Notes: generated from the sequence alone by a model not told the origin. Counted from the stretch's first letter, positions 39,033 through 48,220 are shown. The stretch: 64,000 bases of DNA from Candidatus Woesearchaeota archaeon (GCA_964428965.1 CAYSAF010000002.1:20985-84984); one strand, 5' to 3'. A program made the numbers and translations.

Positions 39033-42000
39033 CTACAAATAAACAACTATCTCACCCATCGTATTGTTAAAATTATCAACGCAGTTTATGTAATAATGAT
39101 CAGCGTAGGCAGGGGCGGTAAGCTCTGCAGTACCAGAATTACCCATCTTAGTTCCGTTACCGTAAGTGAACGAAGAGCTTGAATGCTCGCAGATTGAGGG
39201 CTCATCGAGAGTTAGGTGCAAGGTTGAGCCGTCAGAGTAGATGTAAACTATATTAGGAGGGGTGGTGTCAGCATCGATTCTGAAGTTTATCGTTGTTGAA
39301 GCCTCGTTACTAGCAGAATCTCTACACTTAACATAGTAAGTGTAATCTCCCATCGCAAGATTGAGCAATGGCTGCTTGTGGCTAGCTGAATTAGTGTTAA
39401 AGAACTCAATCATTTGCTCAAACCCAACCTGGGAGGTGCTGAAACTGCAAACAGCAACGCCGTCCTGAGAGCCGCCAGCGGTAGTAACCTCAAGAGTAGG
39501 GCTGTTGGTAGTGTACAAAGTACCTGAAGGGGCAGCATAAACAATGCCCAACTCATTACTAACTATCAAGCTGTAAGGGGTGCTCTCCTGATTCTTGTTA
39601 TCCTTCAAGTCCATGCACCTGAAATAATAAGTATTAGTACCTTTTGAAACGTTCAACATGGCATAACAATCGTAATGGGTTATGAAAGTTGTGTTGTGGT
39701 ATTCCAAGTCGCAAGAAGCAGTCTCTTTCATGCTGTCGTAACCCTCATCCCGGGCTGACCACTTACAAGTTGCAGGCTCGTTCAGCAAAATATTAACTGT
39801 AGCCAGGGTCATATTCGATGCTATGTAAGAACCGTCCTCGGGATTGAAGCCATCAATCACTGGAGGGGTGATGTCAGGAAGATTCTCAGTTGAAAGCTTA
39901 ATGGTGTACTCACGAGTGTTAGCGTTACCAGAAGCGTCCTTACACCTGACATAAAACTCGTAATCTACACCACCAATTAAATTCAAGGTGATGTTGTGTT
40001 CAGTATCAAAGTAACCCTCACCAAGGTAGTTAGACATCTCATCAAATGTTTTAGTGTGCTCCTCAGATATCTTGCACTGAGCAAGCTCATCAGTCTTGAT
40101 ACCGAAGCTGATCAAGGTGAATGGCTTTATTTTCTGAGATATGGAAAAGCCGTACTCCAAACTGCTTAGAGAATAACCAGGGGTAAGAGCCTCAGGCCAA
40201 GGGGTGATAACAGGAGAGTTGACGTCGTGAGTGGTCTTGCTGAAACAAGAAACTCTTGAAGAACCCTCATTCTCTGGAATGAACTCGCAAAGCTTGCCGA
40301 GAGACTTGCACTTGTACTCTGTGCAGTCATCAAAGCTTAAAACATTTAACTTCTCATCACTCCTGCACTTGTCACAATCCTTGCCACCCTCTGGTGCTTG
40401 CCAAGGCCTGCATTGAGTATTCACATAATAAGTTTTTGTTTCTGCGGAAAAGATGAAGTATAAAACTACAGCTATAACTACAACAGCAACGGCAGCTATG
40501 GCAAATACACCTGCTGTTGTTAAACCTAAACTTGTAGTTGGAATTGCAGTCCCAGTAGTAGATGTTACTGTACCCACCCCTGTAAGAGCACTAAGTGCAG
40601 AACCAACTCCTGTGCCTGCAACAGCTCCTGCAACTCCGGCAACAGTAGCACCAAGTAAACCTGCGTTAATAGCCATAATAGCAACTATTCCAACAACCCC
40701 TGCATACATAGCATAATTCTGTATCGGACTTTTATACTCACTATCAATAGCTTGCATCATCTTTTCAAAATTTTCTTTCAGCATTTGCATACCACCGAAG
40801 ACACCGTACTTAGCATAGTCAGTCCAAGCACCTTTGCTTATCTTCCTGGGAGCTTTCTTGCTGCTTCCAGTAACAGAAAAACCTGCTTCGCTCTTCACAC
40901 CAAGAATGTTGATGTTAGCACCACAGTCACCCATAGACTTACACAGCTTATTCATATCATCGATGTACTTAGAAGTCTCGCAATGACAGTTTTGAACGCA
41001 CTTCCAACTTGAGAACTTAGAACTTTTAACGTAAACAACCTGACAAGACTGATCAGCACTCTCACAATTGCCCCGGTCTTCCCAAAACTTAAAACCGACT
41101 GGAACCGTTGAAATATTTGACTTAACAGGAGAATCATAAATCTCATTCTTAACGCACTGTGATTCAGAATAATCCTTAAGCTTCCCCTGGATGCAAACTT
41201 CTTCCCTGAAATCACGACAAGGCTCTACAATTTCCTCACCATTAACACACATGTGCTTGAAATGCCTAGTTCCAATCCTATCTATATAATCACCAGTGCC
41301 TGACTCGTAAACACACCAGGACTCGCCATTCTTTCTAAGGCTGCCCATGTCAGCATCGTGAACATTCTTTTCATCCTTGTAAGTGGAGTCGCAGTTAACG
41401 CTCTTGCAAACAAACTCATCGTTGATGTTCTTGCCGCACTTAGTGCCAGCAGCATAATCACAATCCTGGTCTTTATCCTCACGGTTGCCACAGCTGTCAA
41501 ACCAGTAAACATCATCATCATAACAACCCTTAGTGTAATGCCTATCACAATTACAGATGGAGATGTCAGAACAGAACTTGTTGTGGTTGAACTGACCGCT
41601 GTCAGCAGAGCACAAACCCCTTGTTGTAAATAAGCATGCATCACTCCTCTGACAACAACCCTCGTCGCCAGAACGACAGATGTCAGCACATTCCTTTTCA
41701 GAGGCAGCATCCCTGAAATCCTTAGTCAGGTCTGGAAAATCCTTAAGGAGATAATCACATTTCTTCTCGTTAACGTAGGAACAGGCACCAGCTATGATAC
41801 AACAACCGTTCCTGCAGTCAGAGTTCCCACAATCAGCGTCGGGGGTGAACTTACCAGCCATAGCGTTGCATTTAGCAAGAGGTGTATTCTTGTAACAGTT
41901 ACCCTCAACCTGATTCTGACAACAACCAAGCTGACAGTAAGAGGTCTGATCGCAAGAGGTTGCAGCGTTGTCAGACCTGATATTCAAGTCACACTTAGAA

Positions 42001-42155
42001 GCATCTGTGTAAAGACAATACTCGCCTGTGTTAGTTTTTTCACAGCAACGTTTATCAGCAGCAGAGACCGGGTTGATCAAGTAAATAGAGAAGATAGCAC
42101 AAATGAGAACGGAAATCATAAAACTAGCTTTACCTCTCAAAAACCTCTTTTTCAT
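39033..42155 (-). CDS. Giant Cys-rich secreted protein (paralog B); probable start 42155
   Basis: MKKRFLRGK signal peptide with TATA at about 42177-42190; same motif series as paralog A; Gly/Ala/Val-rich double hydrophobic segment. Confidence 0.85.
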   Translation of the reverse strand: MKKRFLRGKASFMISVLICAIFSIYLINPVSAADKRCCEKTNTGEYCLYTDASKCDLNIRSDNAATSCDQTSYCQLGCCQNQVEGNCYKNTPLAKCNAMAGKFTPDADCGNSDCRNGCCIIAGACSYVNEKKCDYLLKDFPDLTKDFRDAASEKECADICRSGDEGCCQRSDACLFTTRGLCSADSGQFNHNKFCSDISICNCDRHYTKGCYDDDVYWFDSCGNREDKDQDCDYAAGTKCGKNINDEFVCKSVNCDSTYKDEKNVHDADMGSLRKNGESWCVYESGTGDYIDRIGTRHFKHMCVNGEEIVEPCRDFREEVCIQGKLKDYSESQCVKNEIYDSPVKSNISTVPVGFKFWEDRGNCESADQSCQVVYVKSSKFSSWKCVQNCHCETSKYIDDMNKLCKSMGDCGANINILGVKSEAGFSVTGSSKKAPRKISKGAWTDYAKYGVFGGMQMLKENFEKMMQAIDSEYKSPIQNYAMYAGVVGIVAIMAINAGLLGATVAGVAGAVAGTGVGSALSALTGVGTVTSTTGTAIPTTSLGLTTAGVFAIAAVAVVVIAVVLYFIFSAETKTYYVNTQCRPWQAPEGGKDCDKCRSDEKLNVLSFDDCTEYKCKSLGKLCEFIPENEGSSRVSCFSKTTHDVNSPVITPWPEALTPGYSLSSLEYGFSISQKIKPFTLISFGIKTDELAQCKISEEHTKTFDEMSNYLGEGYFDTEHNITLNLIGGVDYEFYVRCKDASGNANTREYTIKLSTENLPDITPPVIDGFNPEDGSYIASNMTLATVNILLNEPATCKWSARDEGYDSMKETASCDLEYHNTTFITHYDCYAMLNVSKGTNTYYFRCMDLKDNKNQESTPYSLIVSNELGIVYAAPSGTLYTTNSPTLEVTTAGGSQDGVAVCSFSTSQVGFEQMIEFFNTNSASHKQPLLNLAMGDYTYYVKCRDSASNEASTTINFRIDADTTPPNIVYIYSDGSTLHLTLDEPSICEHSSSSFTYGNGTKMGNSGTAELTAPAYADHYYINCVDNFNNTMGEIVVYL

Positions 42156-42307
42156 ATCACAAAAAGGGGAAGGGAGATATAAAAAACTTTCTACAAAGAA
42201 AATAAAAGAAAAAATTTCAAACGGTTCACCTTCGATAAAAAAAGTAAAAGCGAAACGTTTAAAAATAATGGGAGCGATTAATAACAGTCTAATAAAAAAA
42301 ATTGAAA

Positions 42308-43426
42308 ATGGAATTGGAATCAAACAACGAAGAACCTCCGCCTTCAGAGGCACAAACCATAGTTGAAGAGTACAGCGGAAAGGTGGTGGACAAGAATTCT
42401 TGGCAATACCTTCTGAAAAACAGTTTGGCAACAGCTAGGCAGATAGCGGAAAAAGCAGGGCTGAAAGAAGAGGAAGTAAGAGCCGTGATCAAGAAATATC
42501 CCGCAAAGATAAACCCTTACTATCTCTCATTGATCAAAGAAAAAGATGACCCCATATGGAAGCAATGCGTACCAACAATAGCCGAGCTTGAAGACGAGGT
42601 CGGCCTTGAAGACCCGTTAAGAGAGGAGGGAGAGGTTCCAGGAATAACACACAAGTATTCTGATAGGGTTTTATTCATAATATCAAACCAGTGCGCGATG
42701 TACTGCAGGTTCTGCACAAGAAAAAGGAAGGTTGGGGACCCGAACAAGGAGATAAAGTGGAGCGACCTGCAAAAAGGAATAGACTACATAAAAACACACA
42801 CGGAAATAAGAGACGTGATACTGTCAGGAGGAGACCCCCTGCTGATAGAAACAAAAAAGCTGGAAAAAATAATAAAGCTCGTCAGGGCAGTAAAGCATGT
42901 TGAGATAATAAGGATAGGAACAAGAGTTCCTTGCGTGCTGCCACAGAGGATAGACCAAGAGCTTTGCGAGATGCTAAAAAAGTACCACCCAGTATACCTT
43001 AATACACATTTCAACCATCCCAATGAGATAACAGAAGAATCAAAAAAGGCTTGCGAAATGTTAGCAGATGCGGGAATACAGCTGGGCAATCAAACAGTTC
43101 TGCTTAAAGGGGTTAACGACAATCCTGAAATCCTGAAAGAATTATTCAGAAAACTCCTCACAATAAGAGTGAAGCCTTATTACCTGTACCAAGCTGACAT
43201 GACAAAGGGAACGAACCACTTCAGGACAAAGGTGGAAGAAGGAATAAAAATAATAGGAGAGGTAGTGGGTTATACATCAGGGCTTTGCGTGCCCCACTAT
43301 GTCGTGGACGGAGCAGGAGGAAAAACTCCATTACTACCACAATACTTACAATACATAGACGATGAAATTGTGATACTAAAGAACTATCAAGGAAAGAAGT
43401 ACGTATACAAGCAGCCACAAGACTAA
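42308..43426 (+). CDS. kamA: KamA family radical SAM (lysine 2,3-aminomutase-like)
   Basis: EDPL.E, THKY.DR, CAMYCRFCTRKR, LSGGDPL, IRIGTR.P...PQRI, HFNHP.E, NQTVLLKGVND, PYYLYQ.D, GGK. Confidence 0.93.
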   Translation: MELESNNEEPPPSEAQTIVEEYSGKVVDKNSWQYLLKNSLATARQIAEKAGLKEEEVRAVIKKYPAKINPYYLSLIKEKDDPIWKQCVPTIAELEDEVGLEDPLREEGEVPGITHKYSDRVLFIISNQCAMYCRFCTRKRKVGDPNKEIKWSDLQKGIDYIKTHTEIRDVILSGGDPLLIETKKLEKIIKLVRAVKHVEIIRIGTRVPCVLPQRIDQELCEMLKKYHPVYLNTHFNHPNEITEESKKACEMLADAGIQLGNQTVLLKGVNDNPEILKELFRKLLTIRVKPYYLYQADMTKGTNHFRTKVEEGIKIIGEVVGYTSGLCVPHYVVDGAGGKTPLLPQYLQYIDDEIVILKNYQGKKYVYKQPQD

Positions 43427-43917
43427 ATCCTTTCTAACTTAAAGATTATATCTTTGCCTTTCCTTTTACTCTCTTTAAAACCAAGCTTCTTGTGCACTGC
43501 TATTGAAGGCTCGTTAAAGTAGAGGATTGGAGCAGTAACTTTCTTCAAATCAAAATTCTTGAATCCGTAATCTAGCAAAAGTTCCAAAGCTTCAGTGGCA
43601 TAACCTTTATTTCTGTATTCAGACTCACCAATCATGATAGCACACTCAGCAGTCTTGCCGGGCTTAATATCACGGAGATCAGCATCGCCAATAGGCTTAG
43701 AAGTCTTCTTATCAAAAATTAAGTAGTGAGCCATGTCATCAGCTTCCTCAATCTCGTCACGGATTTTGGCAACATCATCAAGAGTTAAGCCTCTATCTGT
43801 TTCAGTCATCCTGAGAAGGTATTCATCCTGCAACCATCCATGATATTTACTAACATATTCAGGAGTGAAACACCCCATTTTTACAAGTTTGCCCTCGAGA
43901 TTAGGAAGGTTTTTCAT
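43423..43917 (-). CDS. GNAT acetyltransferase (RimJ/RimL-like)
   Basis: AE..IMIGE..YRNKGYATEA, N.PSI...KKLGF. Confidence 0.88.
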   Translation of the reverse strand: MKNLPNLEGKLVKMGCFTPEYVSKYHGWLQDEYLLRMTETDRGLTLDDVAKIRDEIEEADDMAHYLIFDKKTSKPIGDADLRDIKPGKTAECAIMIGESEYRNKGYATEALELLLDYGFKNFDLKKVTAPILYFNEPSIAVHKKLGFKESKRKGKDIIFKLERI

Positions 43918-44148
43918 ACATACTATTAGGGTAAAACAAGTATATAAATCTTTCCATTTGTAACTATTAATTAGTAGTTACATAAAATAGTTTTTACTGA
44001 CAGAAGAACAAAAAACAGGATTAGTCGTATTCAAGGCTATACCCACAAAAAAGGGCAGCCTTAACAACTGAATTAACACTTTATCTTACTGCATTACCAA
44101 ATTAACCAACAGGATATTTATGCTTCTGTGCCATTCCTTTATTGGAAG

Positions 44149-45627
44149 ATGGTAAGAGCAATACAATTTATCGAAGGTTCAAAGACCGACAAAGTATTTA
44201 AGTTTTTCTTAAATGCGAAATCAGCTACGAGTAAAGAGGTATGCAGTTCATTAGGAATTAAGAAAGAGCATATCAATGGCTATTTGCGTGAACTTTTAAG
44301 GAAGGGTCTTATTAAGAGGGGTGCTAAGCGTGTCCAATCTAAAACACGCAAGTGCTCGTCATTAGTGATATATGGCTTGTCCGAGTTGGACATTGAGCAG
44401 AAAAGACACCAATTGAATGGGGAGATAAACCAAGCTGAGTTCTTGACAGGCATAAAGAAGCATATCCGTGACTATTTCCAAACCATACAGAAAGGATATA
44501 CCCTTGCAGAGATAATGTTCTACCTGAGGACAATCAAAGGGTTGGAGAACTATGAGAATTGGGACTATGTAGGCACAACAATAAGAGAGATGGTCCAAGA
44601 GGGCATCATAAGAAGGTCACCTTACCGCATCCCTGCAAACCAAATGATATATGGGCATAAGCCAGGCTTCGTGTATGGCATTAGTGACGAAGCAATAAAT
44701 GATAAGATAATTTCAATGATGCCTAAAGAGGTAAAGAAAGCATATTTTGAGATAATACAAAGCAACGAGATATTCCCCGTTGATGTCCTGCAAAGACGCT
44801 TTGGTGTAGACGAACAAACTGCAAAATCGTGGTTTGCTTACCGACTTATCCCCATCGGGAAAGTTAAATGTTTTTCTTACAAACAGAGAAGATACTATTA
44901 CAACCCTTCCCTGCCTATTGAACACGTTCAAGAGAGAGTTCCGAGGATACACGAGGAAGAGGTTAAGAACGCTATTTTGGAAAACTCTACATTAGGAAAT
45001 GCCTTTGAAAAGCAGGCAATTTTTTACTTTGTATGGTATCTCATCCTGAAACGTAATAGGACGATACGTTTGAATAAAAATTTCCCAAAAAAGATACCCT
45101 CTTTCTTTTCAAGAGAAGACCTGAACAATCCCGAATTCGTTTTATTGGACGAAAATGGCAAAAACACAGATAACAAACCACTCGTCGATGTTTGGAGTTT
45201 CGACAACGAACCTTTTGACTACATCGTCAACACCTACGACGACGTTTTGGAAAGCCCATCAGAAAGTTATATAATAAGCATCAAAAGAGATAACAACGGC
45301 AAATACTTAGGTGTTGCAGGCAAACGATATATAGCATCAATGTATGGCTGCCTGTCAGCAGGGATTAGCCTTGACGGCAGAAGGCTGCCAAAAAGACAAA
45401 TGGTGCCTGTATTAATTGCTAGCAGCATAAACAGCAGCAGGCTATTTGAGTTTGCCCGACAACTAGGATGCGAAGTTTTCTACAGGTCTCGCTTCCAAAA
45501 GATAGTTGATTTCTGCAACAAGCATGGTGCTGTATACTCTGACGATAGAGTTCTCCAACAGATGCAGGAAGAATTCAATCTGCTTGAAAAATACAAAAAC
45601 CACGAAGCAGTTATCTTAGGCAGGTGA
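44149..45627 (+). CDS. Tandem winged-helix protein with C-terminal PD-(D/E)xK-like nuclease domain
   Basis: TSKEVCSSLGI...INGYLRELLRKGLI; TLAEI....IREMVQEGII; third HTH-like VLQRRFGV; LGNAFEK...FD...IISIK...VLIASS...FARQLG. Confidence 0.55.
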   Translation: MVRAIQFIEGSKTDKVFKFFLNAKSATSKEVCSSLGIKKEHINGYLRELLRKGLIKRGAKRVQSKTRKCSSLVIYGLSELDIEQKRHQLNGEINQAEFLTGIKKHIRDYFQTIQKGYTLAEIMFYLRTIKGLENYENWDYVGTTIREMVQEGIIRRSPYRIPANQMIYGHKPGFVYGISDEAINDKIISMMPKEVKKAYFEIIQSNEIFPVDVLQRRFGVDEQTAKSWFAYRLIPIGKVKCFSYKQRRYYYNPSLPIEHVQERVPRIHEEEVKNAILENSTLGNAFEKQAIFYFVWYLILKRNRTIRLNKNFPKKIPSFFSREDLNNPEFVLLDENGKNTDNKPLVDVWSFDNEPFDYIVNTYDDVLESPSESYIISIKRDNNGKYLGVAGKRYIASMYGCLSAGISLDGRRLPKRQMVPVLIASSINSSRLFEFARQLGCEVFYRSRFQKIVDFCNKHGAVYSDDRVLQQMQEEFNLLEKYKNHEAVILGR

Positions 45628-45660
45628 CCCCTGAACAACTCGTAAGATTAGGTGAGAAAT

Positions 45661-46026
45661 ATGGCACTAAAACCTAAATCCCAACTACAATACGAGAGAA
45701 ACTTTTGCGACCTTATCTCTTCAAAAGGATTTCACGCAGAGAGGGTTGCTTCGTCAGGAAGGAGGCAGAACAGCGTGTGCGATGCAGTATGTTTTACACT
45801 TGCTGCTGTTTATTTGACAGAAGTAAAAGCGACCCGTGCCAAAAAATATGTGTATAAAGACACAAAAGACCTTATCGTAACAGCAGGTAAAGTGAATGTA
45901 AAGGCATTATTAGCAGTCTATTTCAAAAGCACCCACTCAAGCCAAGGGAAAGGCAAGTGGGTGTATAAGATATTAGATAACAAACAAATGGTGGTGAGAA
46001 AATATGATAGACCTGACAACATTTAA
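45661..46026 (+). CDS. hjc: Archaeal Holliday junction resolvase Hjc-like
   Basis: YER......KGF...RVASSG.....D.........EVKAT. Confidence 0.82.
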   Translation: MALKPKSQLQYERNFCDLISSKGFHAERVASSGRRQNSVCDAVCFTLAAVYLTEVKATRAKKYVYKDTKDLIVTAGKVNVKALLAVYFKSTHSSQGKGKWVYKILDNKQMVVRKYDRPDNI

Positions 46027-46798
46027 AGCGCAATTAGTAGGAGAAGGAAACCCTGAATACTTCCTTTACAACAATGAGGTAATTTGCATAGAGCCAAAAA
46101 TAGATGGAATACGCATTATGCTCAGCAAGAAGGGGCAGGAAATAAGGTTGCATTCAAGGAATGGGAAGGAATGGACAAACAAATTCCCCTCTATCATTAA
46201 AGCCTTAGGAGACGAAATAAGGGCAAATAATGTGATGTTGGATGGAGAGCTTGCTGTGATGCGTGGAAGAGAGTTTACGTGCTCAAAAGACGTGCTTAAA
46301 GGCACGTTAGAAGAAGGTGAGCGATACATATACTTTGTCTTTGATGTGTTGGAGTTAGAAGACCAACCACTCACAGACGAACCGTTACTAACGAGAAAGC
46401 AAACCCTACAACTGATACTAAACCCCTTGAAGGTAATTGCACCCGTGCCTTACACCTTTGTCAATAATATGGAAGACGTCAACATTTATCTTAGGAAGAT
46501 AATAAAGGGTGGGATGGAAGGCGTGGTTCTGAAAAACTTGGGAAAATACTCCCAGAACTCACGCTACAATTGGCTAAAACTGAAGCCGATTAAAACCTTA
46601 GACTTAGTAGTGGTTGGCAGAGAGACAAGAAAAGATGGCAAGGGTTGGATATACCATTTTGAAGGTGAAGAGGTTAAAACAAAAGCCTGCTCCACCTTGG
46701 AGATACCTAACGGGGCTATAGTAGAAGTGAAATACCAAACAAGGTTTGAAAACACCCTGAGGTTCCCACAAATTTTAAGGGTAAGGGACGACTTATAA
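46004..46798 (+). CDS. Minimal ATP-dependent DNA ligase
   Basis: Motifs I EPKIDGIR, III LDGEL, IIIa FVFDVL, IV EGVVLK, V WLKLK, VI LRFP...R.R.D. Confidence 0.9.
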   Translation: MIDLTTFKAQLVGEGNPEYFLYNNEVICIEPKIDGIRIMLSKKGQEIRLHSRNGKEWTNKFPSIIKALGDEIRANNVMLDGELAVMRGREFTCSKDVLKGTLEEGERYIYFVFDVLELEDQPLTDEPLLTRKQTLQLILNPLKVIAPVPYTFVNNMEDVNIYLRKIIKGGMEGVVLKNLGKYSQNSRYNWLKLKPIKTLDLVVVGRETRKDGKGWIYHFEGEEVKTKACSTLEIPNGAIVEVKYQTRFENTLRFPQILRVRDDL

Positions 46799-46844
46799 CT
46801 TTATGTAAAACTCGTGTATGGTATTTCCTTGAAAATACGTATCA

Positions 46845-46958
46845 GTATGTATTTTTGTTACACCCCTCCTATACATACCATTACCAAACCTTTACACCAA
46901 CCTTCACATATACATACCCTTAAACAACGCCCAAAACCCTATATTTATGTATACATAC
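46845..46958. repeat. Iteron-like TATACATAC repeats (3 direct, 1 inverted core)
   Basis: TATACATAC at 46870, 46909 and 46950; GTATGTAT at 46845. Confidence 0.55.
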
Positions 46959-47005
46959 TTGGCGGTGAGTGAACAAGAGGAGTAATTAAACACTTTAAAC
47001 AATTT

Positions 47006-47441
47006 TTAATTATTTATGAATTGTAGCGTTTCAGGTAAGGCATAATATTTTTTCTTGTTGGAGTTGAACAGGTATGCCCGTATTAGTTTCTTTTGTTGCA
47101 ATACCTTTAAGTTTATGCAGGCTGTAGCAGGGTCAAGATTGAGTTGTTTTGCAATACCCCTCACGTGCCTTACACTATCTTTTCCTGTTGTATTTGCTAG
47201 GTATAAAAGGATTTTAGTTTGAACGTCAGATAGACCTTTTGAATTCCTTCTCTAAGCCTTCAGACTGCCTTATAAGTTCTTGGTTCCAACGATGTTTCTG
47301 CCACCTAAAATTCCAATCCTTTAAGGTTTCATTCTCTTTCTGAAGCGTATTTAACTGCTCTTTCAATCGAATAAGTTCCTTATCTTTCATTCCCAACATT
47401 TGTCTGAGTTCATACGAACTCATAAGCCTAGACGTGTCCAT
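47006..47441 (-). pseudogene. Frameshifted coiled-coil + wHTH (ArsR/MarR-like) gene
   Basis: The 71-aa ORF ends at 47226; the +1 frame continues LSDVQTKILLYL...VRGIAKQLNLDPATACINLKVLQQKKLI...KKYYAL to a stop at 47006, with no start codon before the first wHTH helix. Confidence 0.65.
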
Positions 47442-47560
47442 AAAACAAGATAGGTCCTAAGAACTATAAAAGAATTGTTATAATAGAATGGAATATACCC
47501 AAAAAGAATAAAAACTCAACAACCTTCTAAAAACAAAATAAAAGAGTAGGAGGTTTTAAA

Positions 47561-47704
47561 ATGGCATATAAAGACCCTAAGACATTTAGAGGTGAATTCA
47601 GAAAACAAATGAGTGGGGATGGAAGGAAGAATTTTGACACTTCCTTGCGTGAAACTCTATTTGGTAAGAAGGGTAAAGGGAAGAGAAGTAAGAAAGAAGA
47701 TTGA
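47561..47704 (+). CDS. Small basic protein (47 aa)
   Basis: GGAGGT SD before the ATG; MAYKDPKTFRGEFRKQ...GKKGKGKRSKKED. Confidence 0.55.
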   Translation: MAYKDPKTFRGEFRKQMSGDGRKNFDTSLRETLFGKKGKGKRSKKED

Positions 47705-47736
47705 TAAAAAGATTAGTTAGAGGGGCATAACGTTTT

Positions 47737-47973
47737 TTATCTTACTGACATTATTAATCTTATTAATTGTGTGAAAAATAATAAAGTCCCGATTGTTCCT
47801 GCTACACCCAAAATAAACCACGCAACTTTTATGTATTCGTCTCTTGCCCTTATACCTGAAATCCAACCAAGTATTCCAGCAGACATAGAAATAACCAACA
47901 AAAACGCTTTTTCATATATTAAATCATTCATTTGTTGTGTAGTTAGTTGGACAACTGCTTGTTCTATGCTCAT
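47737..47973 (-). CDS. Small 2-TM membrane protein
   Basis: Two hydrophobic helices. Confidence 0.55.
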   Translation of the reverse strand: MSIEQAVVQLTTQQMNDLIYEKAFLLVISMSAGILGWISGIRARDEYIKVAWFILGVAGTIGTLLFFTQLIRLIMSVR

Positions 47974-48220
47974 ATATTATCAATGTATTAGAAGAAGGGC
48001 TTTGTTAAAAAGCCTTCCTTTTTTACACTTAAATTGTTAAGATAAACATATAGAGCCACAGCTATAGTTTTAGCAATTTTTGGACTTATAGTGCTTCTTA
48101 TAGCAATAAGGCAAAAGTTATAATAAAATACTTACTAGAATCGAGATTGACAACAGACAAAAACTAAAAACCGAAAAGTTTATAAATAATGTGTGTGTAT
48201 CTAATTACACACAAAATAAA

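Noticed and set aside
42156..42431. N-terminal extension of the 1132-aa ORF overlapping kamA
   Set aside because: The signal peptide and TATA box point to a start at 42155; the extension is open by chance across the divergent promoter region.
46790..46813. TTATGTAAAACT dif-like half site after the ligase stop
   Set aside because: The left arm does not match a dif consensus or form an inverted repeat; likely chance in AT-rich DNA.
46860..46970. Mini-CRISPR interpretation of the ~40-bp periodic repeats
   Set aside because: The conserved core is only 9 nt, there are three copies, and no cas genes are in the window.
48040..48123. Hydrophobic reading frame ATAIVLAIFGLIVLLIAIRQKL*
   Set aside because: No start codon; at most a gene remnant inside the island.
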